64,000 bases of DNA from Octopus sinensis (taxonomy: Eukaryota). The stretch covers positions 29,016,001 through 29,080,000 of the forward strand of contig NC_043001.1 of the NCBI RefSeq assembly GCF_006345805.1, written 5' to 3'. Positions 53,592 to 64,000 of the stretch are shown here, piece by piece (the first letter of the stretch is position 1; the number at the start of each line of letters is the position of its first letter). The notes beneath the pieces are model-generated. The model did no database searches. It was not told where the DNA came from and worked only from the letters and a program-made list of their open reading frames with translations. A program made the translations under genes and the position numbers.

Positions 53592-54175
53592 AAAACTTAC
53601 TGTGAAATCAATAGTATTCAATGAGAGCTTCATAAATTATTTTTTATAAAGACAACAGGAGCCTTATACTTGATCAATCAATCTGCTAGAAATAGCAGTC
53701 CAATATTCCTCTGATCATACCGTATTGTTTAAAAAAAGGGGCAAATAATTACAAATAATTGTATATTGTGGTCATAGATATACTATGTCATAAAAAGAAA
53801 ATTAATAAAAGACAAGATCATCAAAACTGGAATATCTTTGATCATAAATCTACTTGATCAAGGTAGACCTAGAAATAAACACTAACTATTTTCTCACTCC
53901 CCCTACAATTGCTGGTTATGTGCCAAAGTCTGAAACCATCATTATTGTTTTTGAATGTTTATATTCAATCTCAGAATATTTGCCCTGAAATTTTAGGAAA
54001 GGGGGTCTAGTCAATTACATCAATCCCGGTGCCCAAATGCCATTTATTAAATTGACCCTGAATGGAAGATAGGCAAAGTCAACCTCAGCAGAATTTTAAT
54101 TCAGAATGTAAAGATGGAAGAAATGCTACTAAGCACTTAGTTTGGTGTGCTAATGATTCTGCCAACTTGCTGTCT

Positions 54176-54214
<39 letters not shown>

Positions 54215-54807
54215 CGCCGCCGCCACCATCAACAACAACAATAATAATAAAATGTCCTGATGTAGTACCAGACAGTGGCTCTCATGGCTTCTGATCTTAA
54301 CTGATTGGAAGTGTTATCATGTACATTGTTTTGTCTTGGTATAAAAGATGGGCTACCGCAAATATTCTGCTTAATACCACAGATTTACTTGTTAGTTGTT
54401 TGACCCTAACCAGTTGACCATGTCCCTTAGTGGCTGACGATATGTGTATCTCTGATCATGAGCAGAAGTAGTGGGGGAGCATCATAGCTGTGTGCTGAAA
54501 GGAATTCTTAGAGGTTTGGATAATTCACCTTTCGTTCAACATCCTTAAACAACCCTTATTCAGGGACCTTTTGAGTGGGGTGGGTTACTCAACTAGAAGA
54601 AAATTCTAACTGGGCCCCACCTGCAAGGTCATGTGCTGTTTATCTTGATATGAGATCACCGTGTCACACACATATGGTTGTAATGCATGTAGCTGGTGTA
54701 CCCTTATCAGGTGGATTGTCATGATGGGTATTTGTATATTTAACCCCAGTGTCATTTTGATGGCATGCACTGCTCTCTCACTCAATAATAATAATAATAA
54801 TAATAAT

Positions 54808-54838
<31 letters not shown>

Positions 54839-54864
54839 TAATAATAATAAGAAGAAGAAGAAGA

Positions 54865-55145
54865 ATGTGGAATCTGAAAACAGAAACAATTCCTATCATA
54901 GTAGGTGCATTAGGCATGATAAAGAAATATTCAGACAAATACATAACAAAAACACCAGGACTTACAAACACATATAACATAGAGAAAATTGCACTACTAG
55001 GCACTGCACACATCCTACGCAGAACACTTTCCATACATTAACCATCAGAGCATCACAACAAATCACACAGCACATACCCAAGGCACACAGAGCTGCCTCG
55101 GTAGTGAAGTGAAAGCACGCTATAAAAATAAAGCTACTGAATAAT
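54865..55145 (+). mobile_element. R4/Dong-like LINE 3' end in (TAA)n
   Basis: MWNLKTETIPIIVGALGMIKKY...ALLGTAHILRRTLS nearly identical to the 1870-2475 copy; (TAA)n on both sides. Confidence 0.85.
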
Positions 55146-55242
55146 AATAATAAGAGAAGAAGAAGAATGATAATGATAATGATAATAATAATAATGATAA
55201 TATAATAATAATAATAATTAATAAATAATAATAATAATAATG

Positions 55243-55278
<36 letters not shown>

Positions 55279-55641
55279 TATAATAATGATAAGCCTTTCT
55301 ACTATAGGCACAAGACCTGAAATTTGGTTGAAGAGGGCTAGTTGATTACATCAGTCCCAGTACTAAACTGGTATTTATCTTATAGATCTTGAAAGGATGA
55401 AAAGCAAAGCTGACCTCAGTGAAATTTGAACTCTGAGCGTAAAGACAAGTGAAATGTCACTAAGCATTATTACTCTGGACAAAAAACAATTGTTGCATTT
55501 AAATAACCAATTTGTTGAATAATCATTCTTATAAATTATTTGTGTGGTAAGTAGTTTGCTTGCCAACCATATGGTTCTGGGTTCAGTCCCACAGCACCTT
55601 GGGGCAAGTGTCTCCTACTATAGCATTGGACTATAGCATAT

Positions 55642-56020
55642 ACTAGCAGTATCGCCCGGCGTTGCTCAGGTTTGTAAGGGAAATAACTATAAAGCATTTT
55701 TAGAGAGTTATAGCCAAAAAATAGCAAAAAAATGGAAAAAAAATGATGGTAAATTTTTTTGAGAGTTAAAAAGGTGGAGTTGCGTCCCCTAGACGGTCTG
55801 GGTTTGGGTTTCTGATTCTCGACCCCATGTCGAATTTATCGATTTTTTCAGAACTGGGGGAACTTTTAAAATTTTCGGTGCGTTAGTTTTGAATTATGAC
55901 ATTGGGCTATGTGTGTGTCAAGTTTCATCAGAATCGGTTGAAAGCCGTGGTCAGAGTGAGGGTACGAGAAAACAGACACACAGAAAAAAACGCACAGACA
56001 ACTGCCGTTTATATAGAGAG
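55642..56020 (+). mobile_element. DINE-1/Helentron-like non-autonomous element
   Basis: 5' ACTAGC...CCCGGCGTTGC, core AAGTTTCATCAGAATCGG, ACAGACAC tract and TTTATATAG end. Confidence 0.6.
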
Positions 56021-56037
56021 AGGATATACATACACAT

Positions 56038-56086
<49 letters not shown>

Positions 56087-57148
56087 TATATAAATATATA
56101 TATATATAGATGCCAGTGCCGTCTGACTAGCTCCCATGCTGGTGACATGTAAAAAGCACCATTTGAGCGTGGTTGTTGCCAGTGTTACCTGACTGGCTCT
56201 TGTGCTAGTGGCATATAAAAAGTACCATTAGATTGTGGTACTGCCTGACTGGCCCTGACTGGCCCTCTACACTCTTGGAGTGGTTGACATTAGGAAAGGC
56301 ATCCAGCTGCAGAAACCTTGCCAGATCAGATTGGAGCCTGGCGCAGCCTTCTGGCTTGCCAGTCCTCAGTCAAACCATCCAACCTATGCCAGCATGGAAA
56401 ATGGACGTTAAACAATGATGATGATGATGATGACGACGATGATGATGATGATGGTGGTAGTGGTGGTGGTGGTAATGGTGGTGGTAATGGTGGTGGTGGT
56501 GGTTGTGGTGGTGGTGGTGGTGGTGGTGGTGGTGATGGTGATGGTGATGATGATGAGGAGGAGGATATATGTTTATGTGTCTGTGTTTGCTCCCCAACCA
56601 TCGCTCGACAACTGATGTTGGTGTGTTTACATCCCCGTAACTTAGTGGTTCTATAAAAGAAAGAACAAGTCCTGGGGTTGATTTCTTCGACTAACAGGTG
56701 ATCCTCCAGCACTGCCACAGTCAAATGACTGAAACAAATAAAAGAATAAAAGAATTTATTTCTTCTTGTTATTATTTTGTATTTAACGACAGCGAGCTGG
56801 CAGAACCATTAACACACCAAGCAAAATGCTTGGCAGCATTTCTTGTCATTACGTTCTGAGTTCAAATTCTGCCAAGATCCGCTTTGCCTTTCATCCTTTC
56901 AGTATTGATAAAATAAGTACCAGTCAAGCACTGAGGTCGATGCAACCAATTTACCCACTTCACTGATATTGAAGGCCTTGTGCCAAAATTTGAAATTGTT
57001 ACTATTTTGTATCTTATGCAATTACTTTTTAGAAAACCTGTCGATAAATTTACAAAACAACAATTGTCACATTTAAATAATGTGTTTGAAGAATGATTCT
57101 TATGAATAATTTATTCATTTATTATTATTTTGTATCTTATGCTTCTAG

Positions 57149-57288
57149 AAAAGCTGTTGAAAGATTTGTAACCGGTGAACCATGTTCCCTAGAAAAACAG
57201 ACAAGTTGGTTGAGTAGAAATTCCAATATAGTCAGTAGAGTGGTGAATAATTTAGCAGGCATTTTGAAAAACATGACCAATTTTGAAG
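57149..57288 (+). CDS. Exon 20 (module 6b), phase 2-1
   Basis: ttctag|A AAA...GAAG|gtaact; 140 nt; KAVERFVTGEPCSLEKQTSWLSRNSNIVSRVVNNLAGILKNMTNFE. Confidence 0.85.
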
Positions 57289-57521
57289 GTAACTATCAAA
57301 ATTACGTGAACCCTAGGTTATCAGGATTTTCTTTCACATTTTTTGTCTAAAACGCCTTTCTTTTCATTACCTAAACCCCTTTTCAAACTCTTTGTTTCCC
57401 TTTTATTCTCTGCCTTCCTGCTTCAGTCCCATCTTTCACTTTCTTTTATCTTTTATCATTTTCCATGCATGTATGTATGTATGTATGTATGTATGTATGT
57501 ATGTATGTATGTATGTATGTA

Positions 57522-57574
<53 letters not shown>

Positions 57575-57996
57575 TTAATCCAAACAAGAAAGCACAAAAA
57601 AAACACAACAGCATGAGGACGTGGAACAAATATAGTATTATTGGACACTCAGGAAAGAAGGAAAGAAGGAGGGTTTAACATTTCAAGCGGAGCTCTTGGT
57701 CAGAAACATAGGAGAAGGAAAGTTCCAGAGAAGGGAAGACAGAGGAAAATATATATGTATATTTATTTATATGTGTGTGTATGTGTGTGTGTATTAAATG
57801 TATATATACATTTAATATATAAAAAGATAAAAGATAAAAAAGATACTTAATTATCTAATTTAAAATTTACATTGGTAAAAGGTAATTAAACATAATCAAG
57901 CATTTGCATATTCTGATTAAATCTGATTCCATTTAAAAACATATCATGTAATACATTCTAATATATATATATATATTTATATACATATATTTTAAG

Positions 57997-58415
57997 GAAG
58001 AGATAAACCTGACATAGAAGATAAGCAGGATGGTGGTAGTGGCGATGATGATAAAAATGTGGGAGACACTGATGATAGTAAGGATACAACTGACAATAAG
58101 GATGATGGTAGTGGCGATGATAGTAAAAATGATACTAAAAGTGACAGTAAGGATGATAGCAGTGTTGATGACGGTAAAAATAATGGTAGTAATACTAATG
58201 TGGTTGAAGAAGAAAAAAGGGATAATAAAACAGAAGTCAAGGATGTTGGTGGTGATGATGGTATGCAAGGAGATCAACCGAAAAATGATGACAAAACAAA
58301 TGATGTAGGAGATGCTGATGACAAAACAAATGATGTAGATGCTGATGACAAACCCAATCCAATGATTTCTGGAGGTGGAAGCAGCAAAGAAAGACTTATT
58401 GTCAAAGCTGATTTT
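57997..58415 (+). CDS. Exon 21 (module 6c position), Asp-rich low-complexity domain, phase 1-0
   Basis: tttaag|GA AGA...TTT|gtaagt; 419 nt open (an in-frame alternative AG lies 6 nt downstream); GRDKPDIEDKQDGGSGDDD...DDGSGDD...DDKTNDV x2...SSKERLIVKADF. Confidence 0.8.
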
Positions 58416-59389
58416 GTAAGTAATTTCAGAATTTAATACATTTTCTGTTATATTTTTCTCATGAAATTCATCATCATCATCATCATCATCATCGTTTAAC
58501 GTCCGTTTTCCATGCTAGCATGGGTTGGACGGTTCAACTGGGGTCTGGGGAGCCAGTAGGCTGTGCCAGGCCCAGTCTGATCTGGCAGTGTTTCTACAGC
58601 TGGATGCCCTTCCTAATGCCAACCACTCCGTGAGTGTAGTGGGTGCTTTTTATGTGCCACCTGCACAGGTACCAGACGAGTCTGGCAAACGACTACAATC
58701 GGATGGTGCTTTTTACGTGCCACCGGCATGGAGGCCAGTTGGAGCAGCGCTGGCAACAGCCACGTTCGGATGGTTCTTTTATGTGCCACTGGCACTGGTA
58801 TCACAGCTACAATTTCCATTGATGTTGATCGATTTCGATTTTGATTTTCACTTGCCTCAACAGGTCTTCACAAGTAGGGTTTGTGTCACAAGAAAGAAAG
58901 GTATGCATAAGTGGGCTGGCTACATCCCAGGTAGAGGCCACTGGTTATGGTCTCACCTTGTCCTGCCGGGTCTTCCCACGCACAGCATACTTCGTGAATG
59001 GAAATTATAGCTGTGGCCAGTGTCCCCTGACTGGCTCCTGTGCCAGTGGCATGTAAAAAGCACCATCTGAACGCAGTCAATGCCAAGTCTGCCTCACTAG
59101 CTTCTGTGCCGGTGGCATGTAAAAAGCACTATCCAAACATGATTGATACCAGGCTCGCCTGAATGGATCCTGTGCTGATGGCACATAAAAAGCACTCACT
59201 ACACTCTCAGAATGGTTGGCATGAGGAAGGGCAACCGGCTGTAGAAACATTGCCAAATCAGATTGGAGCTTGGTGCAGCGGCCGGCTCTCAAGACCTCAG
59301 TCTGAAGAGCTGCCCGCTGCACCAGGCTCCAATCTGATTTGGAGCCAAACCATCCAACCCATGCCAGCATGGAAAACAGACGTTAAGCA

Positions 59390-59422
<33 letters not shown>

Positions 59423-61431
59423 CAGCTGTGATAGTAATACTTATATTTAGATTGGGTTTTTGTTGATGAGTTATATGATGAAAACATGTCCAGAATTAGC
59501 ACATTACTGCCAAACATCAAATCACTCCTGACTCCATCCTATTTTGAATTGATTTTAATTGGTTTAAAATTCTGAAATTGTCCCTCTTGTCTTTTCTAAG
59601 CTAATTCGTTAAGCTAAGGTGTCGAGCTGGTAGAATTGTTAGCATACTGAGAAAACTGCTTAGTGGCATTTTATCAGTTTTTACATTCTCTGTGTTCAAA
59701 TTCTACTGAGGTCAACTTTGCCTTTGATCCTTTTAAGATCGATGAAATAAGTACCATTTTAGCACTAGGGGTCAATGTAATTGACTTATCTCCTTTCTCT
59801 GAAATTGCTGGCCCTGTGCCAAAATTTGATTTTACTCATTAAGCTAAGGTGTTAAGCTGGCAGAATCATTAGCATGCAGGGCAAAATGCTTTGTGGCATT
59901 TTGCCCATCTTTATATTCTGAGTTCAAATTTTGCCCGGGCCAACTTTGCCTATCATTCTTTTGGGGTCAATAGAATTAGTATCAGTTGAGTCCTGGAATA
60001 AATGTAATCAAATTACACCCCTGAAATCACTGGCCATGTGCCAGCCCCCTGACTGGCTCCTGTGCCGGTGGCACATAAAAAGCACCATGCAAATGTGGTC
60101 GATGCCAGTGCCCCCTGACTAGCTGGCGGCAAGTAAAAAGTACCCAGTACACTCTTGGAGTGGTTGGTGTCAGGAAGGGCATCCAGCTGTAGAAACCTTG
60201 CCAAATCAGACTGGAGCCTGGTGCAGCCTACTGGCTTGCCAGTCCTCATTCAGACTGTCCAACCCATGCCAGCATGGAAAGCAGACGATGATGATGATGA
60301 TAATGATGATTTGCCAGAATTCATTGTTTCAAGCATCTTTCCCCAAACTACCTCAGTTCCCCTCTTGTCTATCTTTTACTTGCAGTTTACTAGTAATAGT
60401 TTAAGAAAGCCTTCGATGGTCATAAGCACTGGAACTTCCTATGTCTAACTCATATAAACAGAAAACAATTGCAATAGTCTTCTGGTACATAAAAGTGATT
60501 TTCAATCATACTTTTACCCTATCATCTGTATAGAGTGTGGTAAGATTCTAGTAAACTGGACGTAGGAAACCTTGTAACATTGGTAGAATCATTAGGAATC
60601 TAAGCAACATCATCATCATCGTTTAACGTTTGTTTTCCATGCTAGCATGGGTTGGACGGTTCGACAGGAGTCTGACTAGCTGGCAGAACCGTTAGTACAC
60701 TGGGCGAAATGCTTAGCGGTATTTCGCCTGCTGTTACGTTCTGAGTTCAAATTCCGCCGAGGTCGACTTTGCCTTTCATTCTTTTGGGGTCGATTAAATA
60801 AGTACCAGTTACGCACTGGAGTCGATATAATCAACTTAATCCGTTTGTCTGTCCTTGTTTGTCCTCTCTGTGTTTAGCCCCTTATGGGTAGTAAAGAAAT
60901 AGGAGTCTGGGAAGCCAGGAGGCTGCACCAGGTCCCAGTCTGATCTGGCAGTGTTTCTATGGCTGGATTCCCTTCCTAACACCAACCACTCCGTGAGTGT
61001 AGTGGTGCTTTTTACGTGCCACCGGCACAGGGTACAAAGGAGGCTGGCAAATGGCCAAGATCGGTTGGTGCTTTTTACGTGTCACCAACACAGACGCCAG
61101 TCAGGCAGCGCTGGCATCAGCCACATTCAGATGGTGCTTTTTACATGCCACTGGCATGGTACTTGACTCAATAGGTCTCCTCAAGCACAACGGGTCACTC
61201 TACGATCCAAAGTTAGCACAGCAGGCCATCCTGCGGACCATGAACTCACTTCATTTGTTAGGTCTTCGCAGTCACAGTATATCTCAGAGGTCTCGGTCTT
61301 TCGTCATTTCCACTGTGAGGCCCAATGTGTCACCGGCACGGGTATCACAACATTTCATCTATTTATATATTCTGAGTTCAAATTCCAGCAGTGTCAATTT
61401 TACCTTTCATCCTCTTCTCCCTCTTTTCTTG

Positions 61432-61463
<32 letters not shown>

Positions 61464-61470
61464 CATCATC

Positions 61471-61532
<62 letters not shown>

Positions 61533-62412
61533 CATCGTCATCATTATTATTATTATTATCATTATTATTATTATTATTAGAATAAGTGCTACTCTTAAAA
61601 CCATAAATACTGGGATCAATTTGTTCAACTAAACACTTCAAAGTTGTGCCACAGCATGGTCGCAGTCCAATGACTGAAACAAGTAAAAGATAAACTACTA
61701 AAGTATAATTTGAGTTGATTAAAAAGTTTTGACTTTCTGCATTAAATATTCTAGTGTTAATTCTTATGTTTTGAGGAAAAGGTTTCTCTGGATAAATCTT
61801 TCTGTCGTTCTGTAAAAGATTTAAAATGTTCAAATTTAATAACAATAGGAAAAAATATCTTCCTTGTGTTAGTATCGAATAATGAATATATTAGGATGTC
61901 CGGAAAGTTCCTACCGATTTTTAAAGGAAAGAAAAGGGTCAATAAATACTTGCCATTACATTTTTAATCAACCAAATATGAACCATTTTGTTGCACAATG
62001 CATCTCCATTTTTCCTTTAACTTGAAAATACCCTCTTCCCAGAATTGAGGTGGCAAACTGGCAAAATTGTTAGTATGCCAAGCAAAATACTTAGTGGCAT
62101 TTCATCTGTCTACATGTTCGGAGTTCAAGTTCCATGAAAGCCTACTTTGCTTTCATCTTTTTGGGCTCGAATAAGTACCAGCTGAGCACTGGCATTGATG
62201 CAATCAACTTTCTGCCTCCTCTGAAATTGCTGGCCTTGTGCCAAAATTTGAAACTGGCATTTATGTAGGGAGTCAAAAAGTGTCATTAATGGTTAGTTGC
62301 TTCATTTTAATTTGTTTAATTTTTAAGTCTTTGAATTTTTCTTTTAGTTTCTTTTGTTTTTCCAGATCTTATTTAACAACTGATTAACTCGTTAATTAAT
62401 CTGTTTCCTTAG

Positions 62413-62508
62413 CCATTTTCTGATGCAAGTCTGAGAAAAGAACCAGATATAGAATTTATGAGAACGTTCTGGATTTTTAGAAGATCTCCAGCATCACAGA
62501 AAGAAACT
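62413..62508 (+). CDS. Exon 22 (probable), phase 0-0
   Basis: ccttag|CCA...ACT|gtaaga; 96 nt; PFSDASLRKEPDIEFMRTFWIFRRSPASQKET; symmetric, so not required for frame. Confidence 0.6.
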
Positions 62509-62707
62509 GTAAGAATATTCTTTCACTTACTTTCTTTTCTTCTTTCAGTTTCTGGTAGACAGAAACTGAAAGAAGCTTCTTGTATATATATATATATTAT
62601 ATATATATATTTAAATATTTGTTGTGCAAGATTTTTTATGTGAAGTCGTGTGTTGAAACAGATATTGTTATATTTTGGAATGGTCAAATAAGAAAGAAGA
62701 AAACAAA

Positions 62708-62752
62708 GGACCACTGATGCGGTCACAGGGGTGTGACGAAAGAACTCTGGCC
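62708..62752 (+). ncRNA. Minimal type I hammerhead ribozyme-like motif with one core substitution, inside a small element with 25-bp inverted repeats
   Basis: ggacca-CTGATGC-g-gtcaca-gggg-tgtgac-GAAA-gaac-TC-tggcc. Confidence 0.55.
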
Positions 62753-62866
62753 GAAATAAGATTAAGATTAATGTAAAAAATAAATAACACTGAAGCAAAA
62801 TAACACCAATTATATAGTGCGTGTGTTTTTATTGGCTAAACTGGCAATATGACCATTCCAAAATAT

Positions 62867-62909
<43 letters not shown>

Positions 62910-63663
62910 GTCTTACAAAGAATAAGTCCTGGGGTCGATTTGCTCGACTAAAGGCGGTGCTCCAGCATGGCCACAGTCAAATGACTGAAACAAATAAAAG
63001 AGTAATCACACGCACACACACACAGACACACACACACACATATTGCTCTTTCTTCTTTCACCATTCAAAAGATTCAGTCTGCTCATTTATATATTTTAAT
63101 TGTTCTAAACACTTGGTCTTTAAATCAACAAAAGACTATTTATTCACTACTCCATGGTCAAGGAGTAGTAACCATAATTTTTTCACCCTCAACAACTGAT
63201 GACTAAATGCAGATAAGATAAACAATCAAAACAAACAATATCAAATTGACTAAATAGCTGACAGTGTTCGTATTTTAGTTTTAATCCTTTCATTACCAAC
63301 CTGACTGAAACCGGCTCTGACTCTGAGTACAAATATTTTGTTTTCATAAGTTTTGAATTAAAATCATCCACCAAACCTTAGTCACAATTTATGTTCCTAA
63401 CACTAGCTGTATGATAACTGAGTTATTTTACTAAATTCTTTGTGATATTTAAAGTAATTGAAAGAAACACAGAGCATGTCAAAATAAATACAGTAATAAA
63501 AGGGTTAAATCTTATCACAAAAGCTTCATAGCTTCTCTAAGATTTTTGCATAATAACATGAAAGCTAAGAAAAGCACGATCTCCATAATTCCCAAAACAC
63601 TTAAATAAGAGGAATGAAATGAAAAGAATTAACATATCTTCAATATTTCTTTTATTTTTGCAG

Positions 63664-63864
63664 ATACTTTTTCATAAGGCCACAAAAAAAGCCATTAATT
63701 TTCTGTTGGAAAATGATATAATTCTGAATGAGTATCTAACCAAAGATAAAGCTCGTGTACTAAAATTGGCTGCCAAAGTGAACAAGAGAAGTGCATTTTT
63801 GAAAAAAACTAAAATAGATGAAGAATTTTTGTCTACCGTCAGTTCTGTTGATTCTGAATCAGAG
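63664..63864 (+). CDS. Exon 23, phase 0-0 (gene continues beyond the window)
   Basis: ttgcag|ATA...GAG|gtaatt; 201 nt; ILFHKATKKAINFLLENDIILNEYLTKDKARVLKLAAKVNKRSAFLKKTKIDEEFLSTVSSVDSESE. Confidence 0.8.
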
Positions 63865-64000
63865 GTAATTCTACTTTATTAATTTCAGACCAAAATTCTA
63901 CTGGAAAGTATAACCTGCCTAAGTTTTGAAAACTTGCCTTATATAAGAAATATAAAATAAATCTTAGAGCTTAAAATAATTTGATACATATCTTGCAAAT

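Noticed and set aside
56318-56724. Gly/Asp, poly-Pro and poly-His ORFs
   Set aside because: (GAT)n/(GGT)n expansion at a SINE tail with no flanking splice sites, unlike the acidic exon at 57997-58415

Overview
AT-rich, microsatellite- and SINE-dense eukaryotic DNA. The SINE families resemble those of Octopus or another coleoid cephalopod (inference). Most ORFs in the supplied track are artefacts of simple repeats or SINEs. Manual splice-site reading recovers one long + strand gene crossing the whole window: 23 GT-AG exons (3115-63864) whose phases chain without a stop, giving about 1114 aa with no start or stop codon inside the window. Exons 2-6 read like the C-terminal helical region of the stereocilin/otoancorin/mesothelin superfamily and follow an RIKR furin-type site. 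Exons 4-21 form six tandem three-exon modules (phase 0-2-1-0), each with a conserved Cys pair, and the last module ends in a 140-aa Asp-rich exon with Ser-Gly motifs. Exon 13 is preceded by a ladder of five in-frame duplicated splice acceptors and followed by a 165-bp inverted repeat. The introns hold mariner, hAT, piggyBac-type and DINE-like elements, R4/Dong, RTE and Penelope-like retroelement remnants, a solo LTR, and several minimal hammerhead-ribozyme-like motifs. Family assignments come from motif recognition, not database searches.
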